From: Haliotis rufescens
Taxonomy: Eukaryota
DNA length: 64,000 nucleotides
Reading direction: 5' to 3'
Assembly (NCBI RefSeq): GCF_023055435.1
Contig: NW_025963779.1
Span: 60,760,001-60,824,000 of the forward strand
Shown here piece by piece: positions 12,870 through 26,100 of this stretch. How positions within the stretch are numbered: position 1 is the stretch's first letter; each line of letters starts with the position of its first letter. Position numbers and translations under genes: made by a program. A model generated the notes under the pieces. That model saw only the letters and a program-made list of their open reading frames with translations. It searched no databases and was not told the origin of the DNA.

Positions 12870-14200
12870 CTACAGCTGCTGCTATTGATGCTGCTGCCAC
12901 TGCTACTATTACTACTTCTACTGCTGCTGCAGTGTACACCTACTAGTTCCTGCCACTGCTACTAATTACTACTATTCCTGGTACTGCTACTACTAACACT
13001 ACTGTTGCTACCACTGCTAGCATTACTGCTACTGCTGCTACTATTACTACTTCTACTGCTGCTGCAGTGTACACCTACTAGTTCCTGCCACTGCTACTAA
13101 CTACTACTATTCCTGCTACTGCTACTACTAACACTACTGTTGCTACCACTGCTATCATTACTGCTACTGCTGCTACTATTACTACTTCTACTGCTGCTGC
13201 AGTGTACAACTACTACAGTTCCTGCTACCGCTACTAACTACTACTATTCCTGCTACTGCTACTACTAACACTACTGTTGCTACCACTGCTAGCATTACTG
13301 CTTCTTTCTGCTGCTACTATTACTACATTCTACTGCTGCTGCAGTGTACAACTACTACAGTTCCTGCTACCGCTACTAACTACTACTATTCCTGCTACTG
13401 CTACTACTAACACTACTGTTGCTACCACTGCTAGCATTACTGCTACTGCTGCTACTATTACTACTTCTACTGCTGCTGCAGTGTACACCTACTAGTTCCT
13501 GCCACTGCTACTAACTACTACTATTCCTGCTACTGCTACTACTAACACTACTGTTGCTACCACTGCTAGCATTACTGCTACTGCTGCTACTATTACTACT
13601 TCTACTGCTGCTGCAGTGTACACCTTCTACAGTTCCTGCCACTGCTACTAACTACTACTATTCCTGCTACTGCTACTACTAACACTACTGTTGCTACCAC
13701 TGCTAGCATTACTGCTTCTTTCTGCTGCTACTATTACTACTTCTACTGCTGCTGCAGTGTACAACTACTACAGTTCCTGCTACCGCTACTAACTACTACT
13801 ATTCCTGCTACTGCTACTACTAACACTACTGTTGCTACCACTGCTAGCATTACTGCTTCTTTCTGCTGCTACTATTACTACTTCTACTGCTGCTGCAGTG
13901 TACAACTACTACAGTTCCTGCCACTGCTACTAACTACTACTATTCCTGCTACTGCTACTACTAACACTACTGTTGCTACCACTGCTAGCATTACTGCTTC
14001 TTTCTGCTGCTACTATTACTACTTCTACTGCTGCTGCAGTGTACAACTACTGCAGTTCCTGCTACCGCTACTAACTACTACTATTCCTGCTACTGCTACC
14101 AATAGCACCACGGCTGCTACTATTACTACTACCATTGCTTCTAACTACTACTATTCCTGCTACTGCTGCTACTACTGCTATTACTACTAATATTGTTACA
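12870..14200. repeat. Tandem repeat, ~135-141-bp unit built from CTA/CTG triplets (~9 copies)
   Basis: Recurring anchor GCTGCAGTGTACA(C/A)CTACTA(C)AGTTCCTGC. Confidence 0.93.
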
Positions 14201-15761
14201 ACTACAACTACCCCTGTTATTGTGTGAAGTCCGAACACACCTTGTGAAAGGGAGGTAACTGCATCTAATGGTAACTACTTGCAGTTGTCAGCATGGTTAC
14301 GTGTTCGATAGTCAGCCTGAATCTGTTTGAATGTAACAATTAAAGCACTTCACAGACGTTGTTGTGAGTCCAATACAGATTGCAAATAATGAAAGATAAG
14401 CGAGCCTAGTTCAAGATCAGCATCATGAGTAAATCCTTGTATGTGAAAAACACTCTTCAAAAACTTTGAAATGAACAATCGACTGTTAAGTACATTTTGT
14501 TCAGTATCGTGAACGATTTTGTAAAATAATGTTCTAGTCAATAATAAATATAACCATCAACCTCATCCTTGCAATTTCATACGCATACACATACTACAAA
14601 CATTGTCGTGTCAGTACAAAAAAAGTGATTACAGTGGAACTGTGAAACGCCAGTAAAATATACGAATGCTTCCTTTATAATCAAGCATTAGGCGCCTGAC
14701 GGGTCTTTATTTATCGTGGGAGTGGATTTACGCCCAATTTAGAAATATTCCATCAATATCACGACAGACACAAAACATGGGCATCACACATCGTAGTCAC
14801 GTCATGCTTTAATTAATATACTACAAGGCTATCCAAGTGCGTACTCCTTATATTGCTGAAACATTAAGGATCCGACGTATAACTTCAACCTGCTCTATGT
14901 GTATTGACCACTCCATGTCAAGCGGGTTATACATGTATTCGAGTACTTATTGTTTCTGCAATGTGTTTCTCCGATGTTAAGGCAGAACGATATGTTTATT
15001 ACTATAGCTAGACGTACGTTGATTTTAATTTGTTGAGTCTCCAGGGTTAAAGTGTCAGGCATATCTCTTTGTTTTCTGGCAAAATACCTATCCATACCGA
15101 GATATACAGGACTTGAAGTTGTTCTTCCCATCGAGGCTATAAATCTACAATGGCATAATTTGGATGTATCAATCACTGGATTGTTTTGTCCAGACTCGAT
15201 TACTAGTACTTACAGGCCGTTGTCATACACCTGCCATATTGCGGAGTGCTGCGTTAAACAACAAACAAAAGGTTATGGATGTATTGAAATCGTATGTGGT
15301 GAATAATCGGCAAAAGATAACCAGATTCTATCCCCAGACAGAGGTAAACGTACTAACTGGGTACAAGGAAGTAATACACACACTTTAATAGTATCCATAC
15401 ATTCTGCACACTGCTCGAAAAACATCCGGGGATTCAACAGGCTGTTGGCAGCAAGGAGGTCATAAAAACATGTCAATAATTTTCATATTGAATGTTTCGT
15501 GCAGAAAACACATTATTTTTCTTAAGAAGGGTTCATGGGTGCACAATGTTTACGTTTGTCAAACACACACTCAAACAAGATGTATTTACCTTTTCGTTTA
15601 CTTTGAGAAAATGGTTCAATTTCTCTGTAAACACATACCTGTTTTAAAGATGGAAGTGACTGCTTTCAAAGTTCACCGTTTGCATCAAGACAGATTCACA
15701 GGAAATTTTGTTCAGTCTGACAAGTTTATTGCATCATAAGTACGAATAATTGCATGCCCAG

Positions 15762-16600
15762 GGTGAATACTTACAATCACACCATGAACACTTACAATCT
15801 CACCATGAACATGTACAATCTCACCATGAACATATACAACCTCACCATGAACATGTACAACCTCACCATGAACAATTGCATGCACATTGTGAATATCTAC
15901 AATCTCACCATGAACACATATTCTCATTGTGAACACTTAAATTCTCAGCCTGAACACTTACATTCTCAGTGTGAGAACTTACTTTCTCAGCATGAACACT
16001 TACATTCTCAGCATGAACACTTACATTCTCAGCATGAACACTTACATTCTTAGGGTGAACACTTACATTCTCAGTTTGAACACTTACATTCTCAACATGA
16101 ACACATATTCTTATTGTGAACACTTGCATTCTCAGTGTGAACACTTACATTCTCAACATGAACACTTACATTCTCAGTTTGAACACTTACATTCTCAGCA
16201 TGAACATTTACATTCTCGTGTGAACACTTACATTCTCAGTGTGAACACTTACATTCTCAGCATGAACATTTACATTCTCAGTGTGAACACTTACATCCTA
16301 AGCATGAACACTTACATTCTCAGTGTGAACATTTACATACTCAGTGTGAACACTTACATTCTCAGCATGAACATTTACATTCTCAGTGTGAACACTTACA
16401 TCCTAAGCATGAACACTTACATTCTCAGTGTGAACATTTACATACTCAGTGTGAACACATACATTCTCAGCATGAACACTTACATTCTCAGCATGAACAC
16501 TTACATTCTCAGTGTGAACACTTACATTCTCCATGTGAACACTTACATTCTCAGCATGAACATTTACATACTCAGTGTGAACACATACATTCTCAACATG
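15762..16600. repeat. 21-bp minisatellite (~40 copies)
   Basis: TGAACACTTACATTCTCAG(CA/TG) units. Confidence 0.95.
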
Positions 16601-17041
16601 AAAATACAATGCAAACATATGTACATAGTTTAGATCTAAAAACATTGGTTCTGTTGGAATATTGCTGTCATGTAATACTCCCTCTGAGTGTCTGTGGCTT
16701 CTGTAAGTTGTGTTTCCATGTAAACTTACAGGCCTCCAAATCTCAGGGCTGGTTTATGTATGCATATGATCGCGTCACCTGAAACACATGATATTGGGCA
16801 TCAGTACAGTGAGTGAGTTGGTTAAGGTCATTTTGGTGTTGGAGGAAAGCCAGTAATTGAGACTCATAAGCACAGATTTGGTGCTGACAAACCAGAGTTC
16901 ATAATAAGGGGAAATCTGGGATTATATTCAAGCCCACCAATCGTGGGGAAAATTTGCACAGAAAAGAGCAACAAGTAACCCCGCTGGTCTAACAGCATCC
17001 TCTTGTCAATGAAAATATTGAGCTTCTTAAAATATCATGGT

Positions 17042-18319
17042 TCATCCTTCTACACAAAAAGAAGTCCACAAACCAATGCGAACATGCAGCCTTACCGCTG
17101 GTGGGAGTAGATGTTTCAGCTGCAGGATGTCTTTGAGTTTCCCCGGTAGAGGCAGAAGATGTACAACACGATGAAGCTGAATGCCGAAAAGCCGTCGAAG
17201 CGTGAAACAAGACATGTCCTGTAGACTCCTAGGATTTGAGGTGACCATTCTCAGCTTACCCAGCATGTTTCGACCGTATGTGGTCTTCAGATAGGGATGG
17301 TCATCTTCCACCGTCACCACACTCTCCTTCAAGACCGGGAAGTACCCAGCCTTCAACAGACTGCCTGCAGCACCTGCCAGTTCTTCACTTTGAAGCGCCA
17401 AAGAATATGGAGTTTGGTTATTACTGTTCACCTTGTCTAATGCTACATTTAAACCAAAAGTCAAACACCTAACGGCCGGAGTATTCCCTAACACCAGATG
17501 GACAGGGGTGTTGCCATCGGAATCCTGGAGCTCTGGGTTAGCCCCATAAGACACAAGTAGCCTCACTGTGTCTAGGTAGGCTTTATTTTTCAGGCTGCCT
17601 TTTAAATTGCCTTTGATAAATGTTTTTGAGACTTCACAAATGCATATGATGTTTATGTCAGCTCCAGCTTCTAACAACACATGGCATGAACCTGCTTGAA
17701 GATTCATAGCAGCAAGTTGTAGAGGGGTGCTGCCTTCACTACACACCCCTTTGACATCACATCCTTCATCTATAAGAAGCTGGCACATGTCTGAATGTCC
17801 TTTCTTCGCTGCATCATGAAGAGGGAAAAAAACTTGATTCCCTCTGTTTAACATTGACAAGGATATGCCCTTCTGTCTTAAATACTTAACAACACACACT
17901 GAATTCCACTGTATTGCTGTTTTTAAAGGTGTGTTTCCGTTTCTATCTGGGCTCTTTAAACTTACATGATACCTGTCTACAAGAGTTCTAACCACATCTA
18001 GGTTATTACACTGACACGCTAGGTTTATAGGTGACACACCCAGCATTCCTCTCGGAGAGAACCCCTCCGATATCAAAGCAATCATCAGATCAACATTCCC
18101 TGTGATGCAAGCGGTCTCCACAGGCCCTATTCGGTACATCGGGAGTTGTTTATAAGACTTTTCTGAAATGCGACTGTCCTTGATATACGTTATAGTTGTG
18201 TCCACATCTCCTTCGTGTATAAAATTCGTCAAAGTCCTGAGATTGTATAGTGTGACCTCATTTCGCGCAAAGTAGTCTGTATGACGAAGACACTGACCCA
18301 TATTGACAAACGCGATCAT
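17042..18319 (-). CDS. Ankyrin repeat and SOCS box-containing protein (ASB-like), intronless, 425 aa
   Basis: Uninterrupted ORF with ~7 ankyrin repeats (SPINLAC, GNTPLKTAI, FPLHDAAKKGH, GSTPLQLAA, GNTPVHL, QTPYSLA) and a C-terminal SOCS box (PRSLQDMSCFTLRRLF...LPLPGKLKDIL). Confidence 0.93.
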   Translation of the reverse strand: MIAFVNMGQCLRHTDYFARNEVTLYNLRTLTNFIHEGDVDTTITYIKDSRISEKSYKQLPMYRIGPVETACITGNVDLMIALISEGFSPRGMLGVSPINLACQCNNLDVVRTLVDRYHVSLKSPDRNGNTPLKTAIQWNSVCVVKYLRQKGISLSMLNRGNQVFFPLHDAAKKGHSDMCQLLIDEGCDVKGVCSEGSTPLQLAAMNLQAGSCHVLLEAGADINIICICEVSKTFIKGNLKGSLKNKAYLDTVRLLVSYGANPELQDSDGNTPVHLVLGNTPAVRCLTFGLNVALDKVNSNNQTPYSLALQSEELAGAAGSLLKAGYFPVLKESVVTVEDDHPYLKTTYGRNMLGKLRMVTSNPRSLQDMSCFTLRRLFGIQLHRVVHLLPLPGKLKDILQLKHLLPPAVRLHVRIGLWTSFCVEG

Positions 18320-18450
18320 TCCTTTACTGTTTGGTCCGTATCATATGCGTTGTGTGTTGTCCGCAGGTCTCGCGTTCTTGTCTTGAAGTTAATAACCCGC
18401 ATTCTGTATATCAGGCCATGTAGAATGTAAATGTTCCAGAAATAGGTAAC

Positions 18451-18540
18451 ATGTAAACACGGACAAGTCCAAACAACTGGTTACATGTGTTCGATGTAAA
18501 CACGGAAGTTGTGGCACACCTTATGGAAGGGAGGTAACTG
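18451..18540 (-). promoter_or_regulatory. Putative proximal promoter of the ASB-like gene
   Basis: 130-220 bp upstream of the ATG: ATGTAAACACGGA twice (forkhead-type GTAAACA), the second overlapping CGGAAGT (ETS-type). Confidence 0.4.
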
Positions 18541-19162
18541 TTTGGTTTGTAAGGTAGTTTATATTCTGCCGGGAGTCAGGTTACGGGTTCGAGACTCAGT
18601 GGTGAAGCTTTTTTTTTGTATACATGTAGCAAAGCTTTTGCAGTCGTTAATTACGACTCCAGTATCAGATATCAATAATGATGTCTGATTTCGGGATTTT
18701 TTTTAACAGCCACCATCTTGTGTAAATCAATGCATGTAAAAACAATCCTCTAAAACTAAAAATAAATAAATACCTATACTGTAATGTCAGATTAGTAATA
18801 TAAATGATATATGAATTTTAGATAGCTGAATAAAGAAGTGTTCTTCGAATATTATTTGGTAAATCCTTCAATCAACATTCACACATACATACATACATTT
18901 CAATACAAAATACAACAGGCTCAGTAAAGCTCCTGTAAATTATTCGAATATTCGACGTCACACAGGTCCAGCGTGTGTGAGTATTGTTTTACACCGCCTC
19001 AGGCGATTAACCACAAGGATACCCACATCGCACTCTAACTGTATCAACAGCTCCTAATCGATCGATTATTTTCGATTCTTCTTTCTAATTGAAAACGGTT
19101 TATGTGCGTAACCAAGCGGTGAAGGTAGAAAGATACGTGATTATTAGAATTATATCTAGCTA

Positions 19163-19344
19163 CATGGGCGGATACAGCTTTTTTGAAAAGGGGGGGGGGG
19201 GGGGGGGGGGGGGGGTGCACAATTAAGATCTATTTATTGTCTTTGGCGGTAATCTATACAGAAATAAAGATTTTTTTCGAAATAAAAAGGGGGGAGGTGA
19301 GCACCCCCGCACCCCCACCCCCACCCCCTCTGTATCCGCCCATG
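19163..19344. mobile_element. Short MITE with poly-G/poly-C interior
   Basis: 14-bp perfect TIR CATGGGCGGATACA; AGCTA on both flanks. Confidence 0.7.
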
Positions 19345-21856
19345 AGCTAGATACACGACGAGTTTTTGTTGCAGCCTGGTTCGCTTTAACAGTGCATCAA
19401 TTTGGGGATACCCTCTCTGTACAATATACCGATGTGTCCTGAATAATGTGATGAACCTGAAGCAATGTTACTCATCGATGACAAGTATCTCCAACCACAA
19501 TTGAAAGTCAATCATCGCTGTGTCGAAATCTGATGTGCCGTCGGTTTTAATTCTTATCCCGGAGAATGGTAATCAACGTGTTTGTTCATGTGAATAACGA
19601 TCTTCGGGTATTACGGCCTTTAAGGACCAATTGGAGCTAAATATAAACAAGTCACTAAGCACGCGGCTGCTTTCTGTTCTCAGAATATGTCATGTTTGTT
19701 TATTGTTTATTGTTTTACGCCGCACTCAGCAATATTCCAGTTATTTGACGCCAGTCTGTAAATAATCGATTGACACCATGAACATCGATCTACGCATGTG
19801 GGACACTATGATATGCATCAGCCAAGTCAGCGAGCCTGACCACCCGATCCCGTTAGTTGCCTCTTTCAATACCGCATTGGTTGCTTCTGCGCACGTATCC
19901 TAGTGCATACACTACTGGAGGAAAGGCTATTATATACCTATCATGACGCACCAGTATATACCGCTTATACGGACTTCAGATATCCGGAAACCTCGGTTCC
20001 CGGACGGTTTTCATTCAAAACGAAATAATTACTATATAAATTTACCCGTATATACGGAAATGTACTTATTAAGATATTACTTCTAGTAAGAATTGAGGTA
20101 TAAACCTGTAATAATCCGAGTTGTGGGTCCCAAAAACAAAGTTTGCCGCTTGACTGTAAAAAATATTCTGTCTCAAAGAAAATGTCAGTCGCCAACCAGG
20201 AATATTTAAAGGCTGGTCCCTTACGTTGGCCATCGACGTTTATAATAATGGCGACGGGACTATAACAATGCACTGTTTGTTCTCTTGAGCTTTATTCACA
20301 TAACAATTATATCCCACAAGAATAAACATGATGAGACCATATCAAGTAAATATAGAAATCAATACCGCCTTGCCTCAATACATGTACTTAAACTGATAAC
20401 ATCTGAGGTACTGGTGTACAACACACCCTTCTGTGTTCACGTCATGTATTGATTTTGAATCCATTAGCATGTTTAAATCCACCTCGTTGCTATTCAACAG
20501 CTGATGATATGTATTAATGTACAAGGAACTTCCTCAATAAAAAAACATTTGTCTCCACGCTGCCGGTTTACTATTTGATTTTCTTATTTTTCTTATTCTC
20601 GAAGATTATTATGTCATATTGATAGGTCGTTCGAAAACATCAAGACAACAACGTGCCAAAAAATGAAAATATCTTGACCTTGAGTTCATCACACTGTCTA
20701 GTTCGATTGTATTTTGTTAGACAGGAAAGTTTTTTTGTACCTTGGTGGGAAAATATAAATATGTTTAATAACAGTAAAATGTCTTCGTTATCCTACATGC
20801 AGCACGTCGATTCCGTCACAGGTTTCTGGATTCAGAGGTCATTTCAGTAGCATCACTGATTGATGTTCTGGTGTTTACATCTGAAACAAACAAGTGCTTA
20901 GAATTTACTACAGTATATGTGTTGGCGTTTATGTAGGTATAAACAAACACCGGTGTGCTCACGTTGTGTAACTTTACACAGTATTCACACTGGTGTTTAC
21001 GTTTAAAACTCCATAAACGCAAAGAAACATATTGAAGTCAATTCTTGTAAATAAAAACGTCAACAATAATAACTTCACCGAACGCTTATTCAATTATAAC
21101 CACACTGCAGATACTGTAGACAACAGTACCAAATCAGTGACAGCATTCAGTGCAGTAATGCAACACAAGTCACGCCCGTTCTGTTATCAGCCAATCAGGA
21201 AATAGTAGTCCGCCATTTGGCGTGGCCTGTTTCTTTTTGGTTTATGGAAACAAACCCAAAATACATTTCTGGTTTGCCAAACAAAAGCCACGGAAGAACT
21301 TGTATTGTATTTAGGAAACACTGATGCAGTTCAAAGTGACATTTAAACCGTGCCATTATTTACCATAGACAACAGCTCGGGGCCTACTTCCAGTCTTCAT
21401 TGTTCCCGCAGCTCTCTGAAAGGTCAAACAAGAGTAGATCACTTAACAAAACCGTGTTTGCATACGATGTGAATCATTAAGGATTTATCATTATTAGCAG
21501 CCCAACCTAATATTTAATCGTCAGTAAAATATCGATATAGTTTCTTCGTCAACTGCAACACCGCTCATGCACGGACACGCGCATGTGTTATGTTTACTCC
21601 GCACATTTACATGCAGTATCTGTCATAGAAAATGAAAGGGGAACGTCATGTATATGTACATTAGCAAAGCATAATGTACCCCCGGTACATGTACTTAAAA
21701 ACTACCAACAAAGAGTTAACATAAATAAAAAAAATTATTATCCTTCACGAGCGAATTTGATTTTGTATTGAACAAGCTCTGGCGATGACGTTTCAACAAT
21801 AATTCACGAGGGAGAGATTATCCGTATTCCAAGGTGCAAGGAGGTAATTCCACATA

Positions 21857-21978
21857 CAGTGAAGTCCCGTTAACCCGACATGGTTGTTTGCATAAGATTG
21901 TGTCGGATTAACGAGTATGTCGGACAAACGACATTATGTAGTATCAACGTTCGTGATCGACAAGCTGACAACTACATG
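21857..21978 (+). mobile_element. pogo/Tigger-like MITE terminus
   Basis: TA-CAGTGAAGTCCCGTTAACCCGAC with internal TCCGAC/GTCGGA repeats; homologous to 30548-30669 in inverted orientation. Confidence 0.65.
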
Positions 21979-22864
21979 CTAGATAACGACCCAAACAGGT
22001 TGTAACAAACAAAACTGAAGAAGGAAATATTCAAATTGTTATGTTATATTGTAAGCAGAATGTTTTCCAAACATGCAACCTCAAAAGCTTAACACAAAAC
22101 ATACTGTGACGGGACTGTTATGTTACTGTTATGATTGATTCAAAATACCTTTGAAAGCGTAGTCTGGAAAGGATGTGTACAGTATATATTACCCATAGCC
22201 TGTTTCAAGAGAAACTTTCATCTTCATCTTCATCTTCTGCCAAAAACTTCATTTAATTTTTTTAAACGGTTTAATACAGATTCAACCCCTGAGGTAAGAA
22301 AAAGCTGAGGAGGAATACGTTGATGTTAAGAATCATATTATCTGCTGAATGTTATCAGAGATATTTATGCTAAAGATATGACAATAATCCATAAACATCC
22401 TTGATGATTAAAACGTGTTATAATCTATTTTGTCATTAATGTACAGCTTGGTCCTTTGTTTGGTTAATCCATATAATTAAGAAGATAACAGGCAGGGGAT
22501 TAGCTGTGCACTAAACTGCGAACTTTGTTGTAATTAGTTGTGGGTGGTATGGGAAGTGAGGGTTTGGGGAGGATACCCTCCCTACTGTTAGAATCACCTT
22601 GCTTAAAATGCTCTCTAACGTCATCAAAAATAGATGACATTATCTTGGATAATTGTAAGTAATATAAACAATATTATTTGTAAGCTTTCAAAATGACGAA
22701 AAAGTTAGCGTGGGAGAGTCAATCAGCGTATGGCGAAGTAATCATTCGCGGTGAGACAAATTGATACTAATTCCCCTGCTAGCCATGCTCTACGGGTAGT
22801 CTTTCATCCCTTTGACATACTACACCTCAAGGACACGTCGTCATGGTCTCACTACAATACGCTC

Positions 22865-23018
22865 GACTGGTAACCTAGCGCGTCAAGCGTTGGTTCGTCG
22901 CGCCGAGGACCCGGGTTCAATTCCCCATAGGGGTACAGTGTTGTGAAGCTCACGTGTGGCGTGCCTCGCCCAGGTATTGGTGGAATGTTGCTTAAAGCAG
23001 CGTTTAAGTATACTCGCT
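22865..23018 (+). mobile_element. SINE family B, old copy next to the TM7 exon
   Basis: CGCCGAGGACCCGGGTTCAATTCCCCATAGGGTACA... matches family B. Confidence 0.7.
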
Positions 23019-23033
23019 GACAGTTCTACATAC

Positions 23034-23158
23034 CTGTCTCGTGATGGACGGTAAAGTGTACAGTATAGGGTTGAGGGCCGAGTTGATTGGAAGAATGAAC
23101 ACAGCTGTCCATGCATACACCTCTCCCTGTATGGAGGTTCCGCTCAGTGCCACTATTC
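23034..23158 (-). CDS. GPCR exon 14: ECL3 and TM7
   Basis: [42 protein letters not shown] (NSALNPxLY motif), followed by GTATGT. Confidence 0.93.
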
Positions 23159-26100
23159 CTTTATACACAGAGATGTACATATATCACAGGGGTTCGTTTC
23201 CACATAGACAGTTAAAAAATATTACGTGCTTACGGACCGATTACTGTTATATTTAGCATGGCGAGAAAGAGTTGCCTGAGATGTATTTGCCAAGAAACCG
23301 TTACAAAAATGTTTGAAACTTTGCATCAGATGTTACATCCAAAAAAACATTTTTTCACATTGTGTCCTAAACAATTGCGTTGTTGGTCAAACAAAAACTG
23401 TTTGTCTTTTCAAGATAAAGTATGTCTTGGTAAAGTGACAGAATGTTAAATGGCTGGACCCCTCCTGTCATATATTTTGTTTTATTTTTTTGACGCACTC
23501 AGCAATATTCCAGCTATACGAAAGCAGTCTGTAAATAATCGAGACTGGACCTGAAAATGATTAACTTAATGAGCATCAAATCTATGCAATTGGGATACGA
23601 AGACATGACCTCAACTAAGTTAGCGAGCCTGTACATTGAGTCGCCTCTTACGACAAACATGGGTTCCAGAAGACCGATTCCGGATCTTCAAGAGGGTATA
23701 ATTACCACACAAAACAGTATTAATACTGTGCCAAATAACTAGAAGTGGCAGAACGATGTACATTGAGCTCCCATACACGGGTACCCTTGAAAACAACATG
23801 CAATACGCGATGTACGTACATCAACCAATGAATGAGAGACTATGTAAGGTTATCTTAACAGTATAGGACATGAAAATATAAGCCCTTGACACAGAAGCTG
23901 ATGAAATTTCTAAAAGGTTTATGGTTGAAATCTTTTTACCTGGGCCCACTTGCACAAACCGATCTTACATGTAGCCTTGCGAACATTGTAAGTTCATATT
24001 AGAATAGCAGACTTTACAACAGTTTTAGTGCTAAGAACGTTTTGTACAAGTGGGCCATGTATCTTTCATGCAGCCCTGACAATATTACGAATGTCTTATT
24101 CAAAATTATAGAATATGATACTCTTTAGGAAGTTGTGCAGGACTTGAAACTATTCTTCTGGTGTTCCTAGATACCTGAAAGTCCTACAGCAATGTTATGT
24201 CGGTATGTGTCCGGACTATAAATCTTAACTGTTTATTTCACTCTTATTGTACCGATACATTTGTATAATGTACTCACCCATAATGCAGACGGGAAACCAA
24301 CACATGAAGTCCGTCATTGCAACAAAGAACAGTTTCTTTGCAATTCTCAAATCTTGCTGCCGCCTTTCCTTTCCCTTCAGGAAAGACCCCTCTTTGATAG
24401 AACTATAGACGGTCCATTGACCGATAGCAATTAATACAAAAATGACAAAGTTGACCGCAATAAAGATTGATACAGAATACTCCCACCCAGCCAGTCTTTC
24501 CTTACTCAGAGGTAGGGCAAGACATGCCCCGTTCCTGCCATAGAAGTTCCAGCCTCTCAACGAAGGAAACAGTGGAATAACAGACAAGAAGATCGCTAAG
24601 ACCCAGGTACCGACTACTAGAATCCAAATACAAATTCTATTCAAGCGAACCTGGCGAAAGGGGAACTTAATGACCAAGAAGCGATCGAGCGTTATCAGAC
24701 AGACAAACACCACAGATGCTTCTGACGACAGTGTAGCCAGTACACCAGCTACCTTACACAGTGCAGAGTTTCGCCATTCATAGTCATTCCATACGTATAC
24801 ACCTCGATACCGAACATCTGCACCCGCTATGATCATCATGTACATGCCCATCAGTAGATCTGAGAAACCAAGATTGACAACAAAGAAATCACATCCATTG
24901 GTAGTTGACCTTCTGTTTACAACAATTCTATAAATGATGACGCAGACATTTCCCAACAAGGCTAGTATTCCTAGAATCCAAAGAAAGGCTCGAAGAATGT
25001 CTCGATGCATAAGGTCCTTACATGATGACAGAGAATTAACAGGTGCTTCACATTTGTTATCCTCTATTGTTGAAGGTCGAACTTTTGAGCAGCAAAGTAG
25101 GTAGTTATCTGTAGAAAGGTACGTTAATGAGTTCAACCCGCTGAACACCTGCTCACTAAATTGCACTACAGGATTACCAGAAAGATCCAGATCCATTAAA
25201 TATGTTAAGCCAGCAAAAGCGTTGTTTTCGATAAAGTCAATGACATTATCTCTCAAAAATAATTTTCTTAATGCTTTGGTGTACTTCAATGTCTTGTGTG
25301 TCAATTTCGCTATTCTACATTCCGAAATATCAAGGGAAACTAGACGGCCTAGTCCTTTGAAACCTTCAGGATTAATCCTATCAAATGTATTGCCGGATAT
25401 ATTTAGTTCTATTAGTTGCTCAAGCGATCGAAACACCCTCCCAGGTAACGATGCCAATATGTTATGACTGACATCAAGGTATAACAGATTGGTTAGTGTA
25501 CTGAATACGTCCGGAATAACTATCAAGCCACATTGTGACAAACAAAGCCTCATGAGAAAAGGCATTGTAGGGAAATCAGTTAGTTGTGGTATGTATACTC
25601 CAGTCATATCTAATTCTCGCGTGTGGTTATGAAGCGAAGTCATGTTGAAGTCATTCAACTTCACAGATGTTCCCTTGCACTCGGCCTTGGAGGGACATGT
25701 CATATGACAGTAACGTTCATCATCACCTAATGGACATTGGAAATTACCATCACAAATTTTATCTGGACTGAGACATACTTGTGACTGACTACATCTGAAG
25801 AAGAATGGACAAGAATATGCATCTGAAAAAAGACCGAAACGGTACTTAAGACATGTATCCTACTCTAAAAAGGCACCCGATTTTTTATGTGACGTTTGTT
25901 AAGCTGTTATGGCTAGCAAGTATTGTAACACATAGCCTTCCAATTGTGGATGTTCTTTATCCATTTTTTAAAAGTGTACTTGCAATTTCAACCTTCTCCA
26001 GAAAATTGTAACTTGACATTGGCAGTTATGCTATCATCAGATGGATATCGATTAGACAGATTAACATATACTAGTACTTAGTTTTTCTTTATTGCTAGTA

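Noticed and set aside
15750-16645. Repeat-protein ORFs (His-rich; MNTYILS repeats)
   Set aside because: They arise in several frames on both strands from a 21-bp minisatellite, with no unique flanking coding sequence.
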